DNA of 64,000 bases from an uncultured virus (IMG/VR IMGVR_UViG_3300034104_005052). Taxonomy: Duplodnaviria; Heunggongvirae; Uroviricota; Caudoviricetes. The position numbers were made by a program, and so were the translations under genes. Positions 19,301 to 28,359 of this stretch are shown in pieces. The stretch's first letter is position 1, and every line of letters starts with the position of its first letter. Under the pieces are notes generated by a model. It saw nothing but the letters and a program-made list of their open reading frames with translations. It ran no database searches and was not told where the DNA came from. The DNA is taken from the IMG/VR virus record IMGVR_UViG_3300034104_005052, positions 1-64,000 of that record; one strand, 5' to 3'.

Positions 19301-20183
19301 AACGGGACACAAAGGAGATGATATACAGGTTGGGGATGCTATATTCCAAAACTTTGCGGGAGGAACTGGAATATGCTCGTATCCCTTTGACAGTACATTT
19401 GGTTTTGTTTTTGCATACTCTAAAGATACAGGAAGACTTTTACTTTCCAGTAGAACATCTCACCCCGTTCTTTCATCTGATATTTTAATCAGATGTGATG
19501 AAACTTTGAGACCAGTGGGTGCAACATACGGAACTACATCTGGATATGTTCAAGGCACTTTGGGATTCCAATCTTGTGAAGAAATATCTCCATCAACTAG
19601 TGCTGGTGGATGGAAATTCAATCATTACTTAGGTAGACCAGGATATGGGTATACAAAGAAATCATCAGGGCTACCATATCCAAATGACACCGAAGTTGCG
19701 TCTTGGATGAGTATTGAAAGAGGCGGACCAAGAGTGCTTGGAAACTTTTGGTGGTATGGTCTTTGGTATGAAGGATTCCCACAATCAAGAATACAGAATA
19801 GTAAAAAAGATGATTGTACATTTGCAGAAATAGAAGACCCTGTAGCATCAAGCAACGAATTGTATCTTGGAACTCATAATATGGGGATGTTCTTATCTGA
19901 TCAACCAATCTACTATAGATCAGCAGATCCCGATGATCCGAATAAATACTATTACTTCGGTAAAGTGGAAGATATTTTTTACAGAATGTTGAATGATTTT
20001 AATGATGAAAACGGTGTGACGGGGGACTATAGATGCACAAAGGAAATCATCAAATTTGATGGTGAATCCGATGCATACAATTATCCAAATTCCATAAGAG
20101 TTCCAGTATTGAAGTCTCAACACCCATCGCTAACAAGAATTTATGCTGGTGTTAACATAAAAGAGACAGAGTTCTTAAAGTGA
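16353..20183 (+). CDS. 1276-aa putative virion protein with dispersed trypsin-like protease motifs
   Basis: Long ORF with SD (AGGAG); 'AITKRHLL', 'LLDQDLP..VRPISLL', 'GKSGSP'; many G-x-T motifs. Function inferred. Confidence 0.5.
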   Translation: MAFHGSQGFFRFKGATSIPQKEVGISGDSRYTREFLDREPITIHAPFNLTSTFKRGDTPFGFSLPFSYIQDEWDTVPGIPNDFYNLKFSPDLVWNTYASLQENGDHVFMEEKDGYIYILRNVVLAGLTQENAGIPVVYDDEIGSFLSVPYLWGSVIEGIHSGARRFIVGPTKKFVSNPFYGEYDSTSLDILGDYGDIACAGTGDFAAGQMLLVMPEYGTTGVYDESRHNIFNYSADVRVVSGNSTPLNSNFLPQTPFSTENIDYSGFRLRDRKKLPVPYFAADEESLISMVNGTTVEPDRTVYGTSGNPQTPPFISFVSWKYTGFNANPTRRHAFAITKRHLLSLSTPFHNYAYSPDNPYAKDPFGFANAVTGFVPFTDHQPGDKVYFYDKNENRVIERTVVATLPFDVKTVHETLNKIVSGAYPRLESTWTNVYIENCVIYTDPAGVTYNTPCYEYTQLEEGYNTEIAFGNYDYVVNYEGSPIGGTGDISEFDSGSEFEDKWLKTYPEITGTESSLEYAEMFSRIRDKFVQNALYKDNFSGFDEKSFGPTSFFEVVPFNYNLGIETGGVTSTTGVGWFDSLMPQNYPIRNMVGGLPINLYTLNNPSETNPLALQKSLGNKFQESVAFEDSITDVNPTRENIRSSQANQNIGVVGYSAEQSLEESDPEPENPTGSIPRMEVDSTLPNSTIDEQFYYLPTAARNAIREYFPHGLNNIFYGSFNANDKFRRLLTWEYLTSHFKGLIDGKCSIHLLDQDLPDGVRPISLLDVRRSELHKHEMFVDDQMRGFIAKNCPPQTTFFPLQYFGNVAIAGCRREYGTINFARTYANPYGESMLNMLLFRVGRCGDNISNVLDDCGETGNSSSGPECKWGVFQLSVGSNFPILSNDGNDRGLMFPDVTTQTNCYDCWYNGNDTIERSLPINAKNEDKLNDLTITKSSWGGQDLPGPLFTYGKSGSPILSRIVTQSLYGSSDFDYRYLYDYVVTGHKGDDIQVGDAIFQNFAGGTGICSYPFDSTFGFVFAYSKDTGRLLLSSRTSHPVLSSDILIRCDETLRPVGATYGTTSGYVQGTLGFQSCEEISPSTSAGGWKFNHYLGRPGYGYTKKSSGLPYPNDTEVASWMSIERGGPRVLGNFWWYGLWYEGFPQSRIQNSKKDDCTFAEIEDPVASSNELYLGTHNMGMFLSDQPIYYRSADPDDPNKYYYFGKVEDIFYRMLNDFNDENGVTGDYRCTKEIIKFDGESDAYNYPNSIRVPVLKSQHPSLTRIYAGVNIKETEFLK

Positions 20184-20212
20184 TCCTAAATAAAGCCACA
20201 GGAGATTATGCT

Positions 20213-20521
20213 ATGGACAATGTTAAATTAATTAGAATGGTTTCGGGTGAAGAAGTGATTGCTAAGGTGCTTGATGAAACTCAAGATGGTGGACTTGTTC
20301 TCAAGAACCCATGCATTCTGCTTCCTGCTGGTCAGGGTAGACTTGCCCTAGTTCCTTGGATGCCTTATGCGGAAACAGAAAACATGGAAGTTCCGTCTAA
20401 GGTGGTTGCTTTCCAAGTCACTCCCAAGATTGATTTGGTCAACGAATACAACACGATGAACAGCGGTCTCATCGTTCCTGACAAGAGTGTTGCATCACCG
20501 AAACTGACTTTGGTCGAGTAA
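20213..20521 (+). CDS. Sm-like fold protein conserved in T4-like phages
   Basis: 'VKLIRMVSGEEVIAKV...LKNP...LVPWMPYA'. CTAAATA at 20186 and SD AGGAG support the ATG at 20213 rather than the GTG at 20180. Confidence 0.7.
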   Translation: MDNVKLIRMVSGEEVIAKVLDETQDGGLVLKNPCILLPAGQGRLALVPWMPYAETENMEVPSKVVAFQVTPKIDLVNEYNTMNSGLIVPDKSVASPKLTLVE

Positions 20522-20535
20522 TCTGGCCGTCTAAT

Positions 20536-20596
20536 AAGGACAGATTTCGCAGAATCTGTCCTTCTGAGAAGGACACCTTTTGGGTGTCCTTTTCTA
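20536..20596. terminator. Tandem hairpins, probable bidirectional terminator between convergent genes
   Basis: AAGGACAGATT-6-AATCTGTCCTT, then AAGGACACC-5-GGTGTCCTT followed by a T-rich tract. Confidence 0.75.
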
Positions 20597-20597
20597 T

Positions 20598-22304
20598 TTA
20601 CGACATCTTACTGTAATTGCCCTTCTTGGATAGTTGAACATGTCGCTCAAACTTATCTTGAAGAACTTCCTTGGATTTGTGGCTGATGACAAAAACATTT
20701 ACATTGTGACCACGCATGCCATTCATGATCTCCAAGAACGCTTCTGTTGATGTATCGTCTAGCGATCCATCTAAAACCTCATCTAGAATCAGTAAGTTAG
20801 TGGAGAGTGAGTTCTTGATCTCTGCCATGGCTCTCCAAGCAAACAGAAGTGCCAGATCGATCTTCCGCTTCTCACCTTCGCTGAAAGAAGCATATGTGAA
20901 TACATCACGGTGTCGAGACTTGATGGTTTCGTTGAATTCATCGTCAAGATTAAAGTTGACGAAGAAATTCATCATACTCAAATACTTGTTGATCGTTCTA
21001 TTGATGACTGGAATATAATGCTTGATAATTTTTTTCTTGATTCCACCATCTTTCAGCAGGATAGACGCAAGGCCCAAGTAATGATTGTCCTCTACAAGTT
21101 CTCTCTTTGAATCAAGTACTTCTGATTCTTCACTTTCAAGACGAGACAGTTCTTTTTCGTCTTGAATCAACTTTGTGGTGTTCCCCCCACGCCCACGAAC
21201 TTTACCAATATAATCATTAAGAGAATCGATATCAGATGTTTTCTTATGGATTAATGACTGAAGTGCAGAAATCTCCAACAGAACATCTGTAATTGTGTTC
21301 AGTCTATCATCGACCTCTTTATACTTGATCATCAATTCCGAAAGACCATCATTTAAATCTTGAGACTTCTTACCCTTTGATTGTACAGTTGTCTTCTTAA
21401 ACTCTTCATCGATTGACTGTGAGCATGTCGGACACTTGTTATTACTTTCATAGAATTGAATCTCTTTCTTGAGAGAAGAGATCTTCTTTTCAATCGTACC
21501 TTTCAAAACAATGCATTCCTCACGCTTCTTGGAGATTAAATCTTTATCCGCTACACTTTCGAACATAGTTTCGATGGTTTTAGTCATCGATTCGATTTCT
21601 TTTCGGTGTTTCTCAATCTCTACATTTGTACGATCAATTTCCTGTGTTTCCCACTCTTTATCTGATAGAGTTCTTTTTCTTTCGTCTTCGATGATCTTTC
21701 TTTGGTTCTTGACCCTCTCCTTAGCAATAGCCAACTGTGTGTCGATCTGCACCGACTCTTCCTTGATCTGGCTGGTTCTTTCCTTGAGAAGGGTATTCAT
21801 CACGGAGAACACTCCGATGTCTAGAATCGACTCTACGACCGCTCTACGCTCTGCTGCGGGTAATCGCATGAATGGGATATAATTGGCAGAACCTAGTATA
21901 ACTACCTGACAAAAAGACTTATAAGACATGTGGAGAATCTGTTCCTCTAGAATCTTTTGTCCATCCCGTGCTTTTGCTTCTTGATCTAGGAGTTTATCGT
22001 CTTTCCAAATCTCAAAGATCTTGGGTGACTGCCCACGAACGATTTTGTATTCGTTCTTTTCATCCGAGAACTCCAATTCAACAACACAATCTTTTTCATT
22101 GACTGAGTTAGTTAACTGTGGTAAGTTGATATTTCTGTATGGCTTATTGAAAAGAGCAAATGTCAAAGCGTCGAGCAAAGTACTCTTACCTGAACCATTC
22201 TCACCGCTGATTAGGGTTGTTGATGCATCTGTTAGAGATAGTTCTGTGAAATTATTTCCTGTGCTTAGAAAGTTCTTCCACCGAATTTTCTTGAAAGTAA
22301 TCAT
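20598..22304 (-). CDS. 46: gp46 recombination endonuclease ATPase subunit (Rad50/SbcC-like)
   Basis: Walker A 'GENGSGKST', zinc hook 'CPTCSQ', signature 'FSEGEK', Walker B 'LILDEVLDGSLD', 'VISH'. Confidence 0.96.
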   Translation of the reverse strand: MITFKKIRWKNFLSTGNNFTELSLTDASTTLISGENGSGKSTLLDALTFALFNKPYRNINLPQLTNSVNEKDCVVELEFSDEKNEYKIVRGQSPKIFEIWKDDKLLDQEAKARDGQKILEEQILHMSYKSFCQVVILGSANYIPFMRLPAAERRAVVESILDIGVFSVMNTLLKERTSQIKEESVQIDTQLAIAKERVKNQRKIIEDERKRTLSDKEWETQEIDRTNVEIEKHRKEIESMTKTIETMFESVADKDLISKKREECIVLKGTIEKKISSLKKEIQFYESNNKCPTCSQSIDEEFKKTTVQSKGKKSQDLNDGLSELMIKYKEVDDRLNTITDVLLEISALQSLIHKKTSDIDSLNDYIGKVRGRGGNTTKLIQDEKELSRLESEESEVLDSKRELVEDNHYLGLASILLKDGGIKKKIIKHYIPVINRTINKYLSMMNFFVNFNLDDEFNETIKSRHRDVFTYASFSEGEKRKIDLALLFAWRAMAEIKNSLSTNLLILDEVLDGSLDDTSTEAFLEIMNGMRGHNVNVFVISHKSKEVLQDKFERHVQLSKKGNYSKMS

Positions 22305-23371
22305 ACAGACTGCGCCTCCATGTACAGTTCACGAATGATGTTCTTTAGTCTAGTTGGATCTTCGATCCCCTCTGTCCTATCAATCTCTTCGCAAATCAAA
22401 CTCAATGTGTCTTTGGACAAATCAACTTTCTCTACCGTGTTAACAGTCTTGTTGGATTGAGTTTGATCCAATATCGAAATTGAATGTGAACCTTCTTCAT
22501 TCAATTTATCAATCACACGATCCAACATGAATGGGTTTGTCTTCTTCTCAATAACTAGTCTGACAAATGTGTTTTTGAAATAGTTCCAATCAATTGAACC
22601 ATCGAAGAAGTCTTTATGTTCTTCATCGTTGTAGGTAAACTGTGTGAAAAGTCGAATTGGATTCTGAATATATTCAACCTCACCAGTATCAGTATCAATT
22701 ACATGAAATCCTTTAGGCTCATGCAAGTCACCAAAAGTGATCTGATATTGTGTACCAAGATAGTGGATGTTGCCTTTACTGTGTCTGCAATGGAAATGTC
22801 CGCTGTAAACAGCATCGTATCCCGAAAGAATACCAGGATCCATACCATCATGGTGTTCAACACCACGAAGCACTTCGTATCCCGACAACTCAAAGTGGCC
22901 CATGAGAATCTTTGCATCTTTCTTTGCAATGAAATCTAGGCACTCTTTCTCATTTGCTGTAGTTATCCAAGGAACCATTCCAATTCGAAGTCCCTTGATT
23001 TCGACAACTCTTGGTTCAAAATAGAAATTCCAATTGTGGCAAAGGCCCGAATGGTAAAACAACTCTTGAATGGAGTTGACTTCGTTGGTGTTCTTATAGA
23101 AAACATCGTGGTTACCTGGAATGATGTCTAGAGTGATTCCCAATTCCAACAAAGGAGTAATGAACCTCTTGTGAACGACATTTAATGTGTGAAAATTAAC
23201 ATACTTGCGACGATCCATAAGATCACCCAAGTGAATGACATTTCGTATGTCATGCATACGCATATATGGGAAGAACACTTTCTCAAAGAACTGCATGAAG
23301 TGTTCTAGAAAAATCGGGTTGTCGTTACGAGCACCGAAGTGCGTGTCGTTTATGATTGCTATCTTACCCAT
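22301..23371 (-). CDS. 47: gp47 recombination endonuclease nuclease subunit (Mre11/SbcD-like)
   Basis: 'DTHFGAR', 'HLGDLMDRRK', 'GNHD', 'GHFEL', 'SGHFH'; adjacent to gp46. Confidence 0.96.
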   Translation of the reverse strand: MGKIAIINDTHFGARNDNPIFLEHFMQFFEKVFFPYMRMHDIRNVIHLGDLMDRRKYVNFHTLNVVHKRFITPLLELGITLDIIPGNHDVFYKNTNEVNSIQELFYHSGLCHNWNFYFEPRVVEIKGLRIGMVPWITTANEKECLDFIAKKDAKILMGHFELSGYEVLRGVEHHDGMDPGILSGYDAVYSGHFHCRHSKGNIHYLGTQYQITFGDLHEPKGFHVIDTDTGEVEYIQNPIRLFTQFTYNDEEHKDFFDGSIDWNYFKNTFVRLVIEKKTNPFMLDRVIDKLNEEGSHSISILDQTQSNKTVNTVEKVDLSKDTLSLICEEIDRTEGIEDPTRLKNIIRELYMEAQSV

Positions 23372-23372
23372 C

Positions 23373-23960
23373 TCACTCCATTAAATCTTCTAGATTTTGC
23401 TTGGTAGATTTACGCTTACGCCTTTTCTTCTTGATCACCTTGTTTTCTGAAGTGCCTTCGAAATTTCTGACATCGTTATCACTGAGTGAAAAATAATCAG
23501 CATAAGGATTTTCACTTTTAGGTTCCGAATCAGATAACTTACTATCTTCCATCATTCTATTTCTGAATTTTCCAGTTTTATCAGAATTTTCGAAACACTT
23601 CATTTTGACAAAGAGTTGCTTCTTCTCTTTCATTATTCTACGAAGAAATGCGTAGTAAATTATTTGAGTAAAAAAGGCAAAAGGGTTCTTTGATTTCTTT
23701 TCGTCAAAATTTGTGGTGTACATTATACAATTTTCAATGCCATCGGATATCATCTCCTCTTTGAAAATGTAATTAGCAAAATTGGGTTTCTTCGCTAAGT
23801 TGAGTGCGATATCTAAAAAGCACTGTCCAATATAATTGGACACACCTGGAGGCTTTTCTCCATTTTTCTTTGCTTTGGTGTGTAATTTTTTATGTTCAAT
23901 AAGTTCCTCTAGGAACTTTTGATTGTCGATATAGTGATTTTCTTTTTTTCTTTTAGCCAT
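23373..23960 (-). CDS. 55: gp55 late transcription sigma factor
   Basis: 'HYIDNQKF', 'PNFANY..KEEMISDGIENC', 'NPFAFFTQIIYYAFLRRI.KEKKQ'; synteny 55-47-46. Confidence 0.95.
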   Translation of the reverse strand: MAKRKKENHYIDNQKFLEELIEHKKLHTKAKKNGEKPPGVSNYIGQCFLDIALNLAKKPNFANYIFKEEMISDGIENCIMYTTNFDEKKSKNPFAFFTQIIYYAFLRRIMKEKKQLFVKMKCFENSDKTGKFRNRMMEDSKLSDSEPKSENPYADYFSLSDNDVRNFEGTSENKVIKKKRRKRKSTKQNLEDLME

Positions 23961-24090
23961 GTTATTGGGTGTAGTTTAACCTGAATATTCATTTTGTAAA
24001 GACTGTAGTTTCATTTTTGTAAAAATCTTTAGGATTATAATGTAAAGAACTGTTTTTGTGTGCTACATATCCTTGGGTTACAAGGAACCA

Positions 24091-24153
24091 AAGTACTTAA
24101 GTACTATATTACCCTATTAAGTAAGATATAAAGTATCAAGTACTTAAGTACTA
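24091..24153. repeat. Two copies of the 14-bp palindrome AGTACTTAAGTACT in an AT-rich intergenic region
   Basis: Copies at 24092-24105 and 24139-24152; direct repeat AAGTACTTAAGTACTA. Confidence 0.9.
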
Positions 24154-24516
24154 GGCGAGTTCTTCGCCTTCATCCTCGTCATCAAAAAAATCGTCTTTTG
24201 CGTCTTCAAGATCATCATTTGCATTGAATAGATCAAATCTGATTTTTGCTTCATTGTAGTCCTTTAGGACATCATTGTATGGATTGGATATGCAAACTAC
24301 CATTTTTTCAGGAACAATGTACATCTCGTCTTTTGAAAATTCCATCCAAGGTTTTAGTAACATCATTGGTTCTGCTGGTTTGCCCTTTTTGTCCATTGTA
24401 GATACAAATGATATAGACATGGGTCTTTCTAGTTGATAAATCTCATTGGTTTTGGCTATACCACAGATTAAAGTTTCGTTACTAACAAGTCGAACAATCC
24501 TGATTGGATACATCAT
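24151..24516 (-). CDS. Second Sm-like fold protein with acidic tail
   Basis: 'IRIVRLVSNETLIC...LERPM...LKPWMEFS'; lies between uvsW and gp55, as in other environmental T4-like phages. Confidence 0.65.
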   Translation of the reverse strand: MMYPIRIVRLVSNETLICGIAKTNEIYQLERPMSISFVSTMDKKGKPAEPMMLLKPWMEFSKDEMYIVPEKMVVCISNPYNDVLKDYNEAKIRFDLFNANDDLEDAKDDFFDDEDEGEELA

Positions 24517-26036
24517 GGTTTGTCCTTTCCATAAACAGGCAACTTAACAATTTTGTACGGGAATCCTTCTTCGTCGTATAATTTCATTCGTGATAAGAAG
24601 TGTTTGAAGGTATAGTTTACTTCATCTTCCCAATGTAAATCGTCTGCTATATCGTATAACTTTGCGATATCTTTGTTTTCTGATTTGCGAAGTTGTCTAC
24701 CGATGCTCTGAAGGATTCGAATCCTACTCTTGGATGGACTAGCGAAGATCAAATTTTTCAAAGACTTGATATTAATCCCTGTGGAAAATGTCCCATATGA
24801 AGCAACAATAATTGCATTGTCTTCTTTTTCTACAATGTGGCGAATTTGCTCACGGTCATCCACATCAGTTTCTCCTGCTACGAAAAACACTTTACGGTTT
24901 TCTATTTCAATAGGAGCCATCTTACGAATCATCTCATACAGAGGCTTACCGTGTTTCTCGACATACTGAAACAGAACAAGAGTGTTGCCTCTTACGGATG
25001 TTGCGAGTTTAGAGATCATGAAATTGCGTTTTTCACAGTTGACAATCCAATCAATTTCATGTTGATAATCTAGACCTCTTAAGGCTTCACGAATCTCTTG
25101 TGGATATTTGAACAGTACGCATTCGATTTTCAACGCCGTTAACAGTTCCCTCTCCATTAGTTCTTTTGTGGATACAACTTTGTTGACAGGTCCAAATAAA
25201 CCTTCGATGCACAACTTGTGGATCTTCGTTCCGTCGAGTGTTCCCGTAAGAGCAATTCTGTAGGGACAATCAACCAACTTGTTCATGATAGTTGTTAGCG
25301 ATTGCGACTTGAATAGATGCGCTTCATCGCCTATAACAACCTCAAAATTGTCAAACCAAGCACGGGGCATTTTGTAAATAGATTGCCATGTGGAGATGAC
25401 TATCTGACGATCTGTTAGTTTAGCCACACCACCATGAATTTTGTGACAGTTTTTGTGAACTTCCCATCCCGAGTTTTTTGAATAGTCATCGAAGTCTGCA
25501 TACATCTGTGCAACTAGCGAGATTGTGGGAACAACTATGAGTATCTTTCTCGACGGATTAATTACATTTTGATAGTAGCGGCATAGACTATAGATGATTA
25601 AACTCTTACCACTAGCAGTTGGAGACAGAAGCACACAACGAGACTTATTGATAGCGTGACAAAACGCATCTACTTGGTGGTCATGTGGATCAAGAGGTTG
25701 GTCTCCTGCTTTGGGTTTGAGGCTCCTGATGAAATCTTTGGCCTTTTCGCAATTTATTTTGATTTCGGGACTTGCTAGTAGTGAGTCCACTTCCATTGTG
25801 TACCCACGCTGCTGCGAGAAAGAGGCAAGATATTCAATTAGTCCCGCAGGAAGAAGTCCCGAGTGTGCGTTGAATAGCCTGATTTTACCATCCCAGTACT
25901 TGTTCTTAAAGGCAGGAGTGAACTTAGCACCTGGAACATCATAAGTAAAATAGTCTTGCAACTCATATGCGATTCCATTGTCTGCAAGGACACGGATAAA
26001 CGCAGAGTTTACATGACGAACACCTATCACATTCAT
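24513..26036 (-). CDS. uvsW: UvsW SF2 DNA helicase
   Basis: 'WDGKIRLF', 'SPTASGKS', 'GDEAH', 'LTGT', 'ASYGTFSTGINI', 'LQSIGR'; CTAAATA 7 nt upstream. Confidence 0.95.
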   Translation of the reverse strand: MNVIGVRHVNSAFIRVLADNGIAYELQDYFTYDVPGAKFTPAFKNKYWDGKIRLFNAHSGLLPAGLIEYLASFSQQRGYTMEVDSLLASPEIKINCEKAKDFIRSLKPKAGDQPLDPHDHQVDAFCHAINKSRCVLLSPTASGKSLIIYSLCRYYQNVINPSRKILIVVPTISLVAQMYADFDDYSKNSGWEVHKNCHKIHGGVAKLTDRQIVISTWQSIYKMPRAWFDNFEVVIGDEAHLFKSQSLTTIMNKLVDCPYRIALTGTLDGTKIHKLCIEGLFGPVNKVVSTKELMERELLTALKIECVLFKYPQEIREALRGLDYQHEIDWIVNCEKRNFMISKLATSVRGNTLVLFQYVEKHGKPLYEMIRKMAPIEIENRKVFFVAGETDVDDREQIRHIVEKEDNAIIVASYGTFSTGINIKSLKNLIFASPSKSRIRILQSIGRQLRKSENKDIAKLYDIADDLHWEDEVNYTFKHFLSRMKLYDEEGFPYKIVKLPVYGKDKP

Positions 26037-26046
26037 TCATTCGTAT

Positions 26047-26484
26047 TTAGGTTACACCAGACATGAACTTACGCCACTCAATGGCGTTGCGAATGACCCA
26101 TTGACGATTGTTGATTCCTTTGAGAATAGAATCTAGATAGTCAACTTTTTGTTTTTGCATGTCAATTTTCGTTTGTATCTTGATCAAATCAGCATCTGAA
26201 TCAAGATAGACATCCATGTCTTGCCGAAGAATTCTGTGGTCAAATTGCTCCCAACCCAAAGCGGTAAGTTCATCCTTTGACATCTTACCCGAATAGTACT
26301 CCCATTTCTGTCTTCGAAGGATTTTGTAATCAGCCTCATGCTTTCTTAGTATGAGAGATTCGTCGTGGAAAATATTGAGATACTTTCCATGCAGTTGAGG
26401 AATTCGAACGGATTCATCTGCAAGTTCAGTTCCGTCCATTTTCAGGTCGGTTTCGGCCATTTCACGGATTCTTTCAATATTCAT
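26047..26484 (-). CDS. uvsY: UvsY recombination mediator
   Basis: 'IPQLHGKYL', 'KWEYYSGK', 'IRNAIEWRKF..G'; adjacent to uvsW. Confidence 0.9.
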   Translation of the reverse strand: MNIERIREMAETDLKMDGTELADESVRIPQLHGKYLNIFHDESLILRKHEADYKILRRQKWEYYSGKMSKDELTALGWEQFDHRILRQDMDVYLDSDADLIKIQTKIDMQKQKVDYLDSILKGINNRQWVIRNAIEWRKFMSGVT

Positions 26485-26491
26485 TGCGTAA

Positions 26492-26519
26492 ATTGTATCC
26501 TCAAATCCTGAAATGTCAA
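26492..26519 (-). promoter_or_regulatory. Sigma70-like promoter for uvsY (TTGACA-16-TACAAT), probably leaderless
   Basis: The -10 box ends 7 nt before the uvsY ATG; there is no SD. Confidence 0.6.
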
Positions 26520-26530
26520 TACATAATAAT

Positions 26531-27100
26531 ATGAGAGTTTATGGAATAGATTATTCTATGACTTCTCCAGCCATTTGTTTATTTGATGGTGAGGAGTGGT
26601 CTGTAAGATACTTGACTTCAACTTCACGACATGTGAAAGAATATCAATTTCAAACTTTAATGGGTAAGATTAGTATAGTTGGAGACCCACACAAGGAATT
26701 GTGGAAAACTCAAGAGCATAGATTTCATGATATTTCAGAATGGGCGATGGCTTGTATTGATGATGTTCATGCTAAAATCGTGATAGAAGATTATGCCATG
26801 GGGTCTAAAGGTAAAGTTTTCCACATAGCAGAAAACTGCGGCTTGTTGAAACACAAACTGTGGAGTGAGGGTTTCAAGTTTGAGACAATCGCACCAACAT
26901 CTTTAAAGAAATTCGCTACAGGTAAAGGCAATTCTAATAAAGACATCATGCATGCTCACTTTATTAAAGACACAGGGGTCGATCTCATGAAAGAGATGAC
27001 CCCTAATGCCAAGGACTGCATCAGTCCAGTTTCAGATGTGGTTGACTCGTTTTACTTAGCCAAATGGGCTAATCATACGGCCAAAGATCTCGTTGTGTAG
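26531..27100 (+). CDS. RuvC-like Holliday junction resolvase
   Basis: 'YGIDYSMTSPA', 'IEDYA', 'PTSLKKFATGKGNSNK', 'DVVDSFYL'. The start is placed at MRVYGID. Confidence 0.85.
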   Translation: MRVYGIDYSMTSPAICLFDGEEWSVRYLTSTSRHVKEYQFQTLMGKISIVGDPHKELWKTQEHRFHDISEWAMACIDDVHAKIVIEDYAMGSKGKVFHIAENCGLLKHKLWSEGFKFETIAPTSLKKFATGKGNSNKDIMHAHFIKDTGVDLMKEMTPNAKDCISPVSDVVDSFYLAKWANHTAKDLVV

Positions 27101-27510
27101 ATTTTAGGGAAAGCCTTTTCAACCATTTCCTTATCGATTCCGTATGAATACTTGAAAGATCCCTCAAACATAGACTTGAGCATTTCCGTTTCCTTTTTGG
27201 AAATGGATTCAAGAATCTGAATCAGGATTTCATCCTTTCGTTTAGCGGAAAGGTTGTATTCTTCTTTGAAAATGTAAAGTCTTCGAACTTCAGCCCAAAG
27301 CGAAGATGGTGCTAATCCATCAGGACTGCCGTCTTCGGTGAAATCCGGTAGGGTCTTTCTATACCAAGAAGTTCCATCGAATGCATATTTCAACAGTTCT
27401 CGCATGGCTATTGTGTTATTTGCTTGAAGACCACGAACAATATCTTGCGGTCCTTTGGCCTTGTTCTTAATATCAATTAGAATTTCTGCAATAGTTAAAT
27501 TCGCTGACAT
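27073..27510 (-). CDS. Conserved T4-like hypothetical protein downstream of rnh
   Basis: 'L..E.RRLYIF...KRKDEILIQILESI...E' and a terminal 'VEKAFP' pattern; synteny with rnh. Confidence 0.7.
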   Translation of the reverse strand: MSANLTIAEILIDIKNKAKGPQDIVRGLQANNTIAMRELLKYAFDGTSWYRKTLPDFTEDGSPDGLAPSSLWAEVRRLYIFKEEYNLSAKRKDEILIQILESISKKETEMLKSMFEGSFKYSYGIDKEMVEKAFPKIYTTRSLAV

Positions 27511-27512
27511 GT

Positions 27513-28352
27513 TTAAAACTCCTGTAAGTGTTCAATAAGCAAACGCATATTGTTTTCTATCATATATGGTAATATCTTTGATCGATTGCCTTCAGAAGGG
27601 ACTTCGAATTCACGCATAATTGCGGTTTCAATTCTATCCGGAATTCGTGAAAAATCGATCATGGTCTTGTTGCGTTCGTAGTTTCGAAGCATTTCATCTG
27701 TGCAGAATGTATTTAGCGGAACCTGAATCCATTCAACAAGTTTCTTCTCGTAAATGGGTTTTTGTCGTTTACTTTCGACAAAAACAGAATCGTCCGATAG
27801 GAAATTGGGAACTCCATCGCCACTATCTCCCTTCATGATATGGCGTATAAGTTCCTCTCTAGGATTTTCGCAGACGATAAATTCTTTCGTCCGAGGACAC
27901 CATTGCTTCACATTCGGCAGGCTCTGTAGTTGGAAGAAGTCGTGGTCTGACGATACAATCAGATGCTTCCCTTCAAGATTCTTTGAAAGGACTGCAATGA
28001 TGTCATCACCTTCACACGAATCAACTTCCATCAGTTTATAGGGGAAGACATCCTTCAACTCTTTTTTGATCTGACGCAGAATGTCCCATAACTGATCCCA
28101 GTTAATATCGGACTCTTCCCTAACCTTTTTTCGATTGGCCTTGTATTGTGGAAAGATATCCTTGCGCCACGCCCGTACACGGGAGTCATAACACAAAACT
28201 GGTTCGCCGTATTCACTTGAGAACTTGAGTCTGATAAGTCTAACGCTATTCACTACCATATGACGAATGAGACCAATATCCATATTGGGCTTGCCCTTAG
28301 ACTCAGCCATCAAGTTGGCAATAGTGATTTGATTCATGTCCAAAAGGATCAT
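27513..28352 (-). CDS. rnh: T4-type RNase H (5'-3' flap exonuclease)
   Basis: 'MILLDMNQ', 'WRKDIFPQYKANRK', 'EGDDIIA', 'SSDHDF.QL', 'KGDSGDGVPN'. The start is moved to the ATG at 28352 because the TTG at 28388 is the -35 box. Confidence 0.93.
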   Translation of the reverse strand: MILLDMNQITIANLMAESKGKPNMDIGLIRHMVVNSVRLIRLKFSSEYGEPVLCYDSRVRAWRKDIFPQYKANRKKVREESDINWDQLWDILRQIKKELKDVFPYKLMEVDSCEGDDIIAVLSKNLEGKHLIVSSDHDFFQLQSLPNVKQWCPRTKEFIVCENPREELIRHIMKGDSGDGVPNFLSDDSVFVESKRQKPIYEKKLVEWIQVPLNTFCTDEMLRNYERNKTMIDFSRIPDRIETAIMREFEVPSEGNRSKILPYMIENNMRLLIEHLQEF

Positions 28353-28359
28353 ACCGAAC

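Noticed and set aside
9918..26036. Introns or inteins in nrdJ, gp46, gp47 or uvsW
   Set aside because: All are continuous ORFs of normal length with no intein or homing-endonuclease motifs visible.
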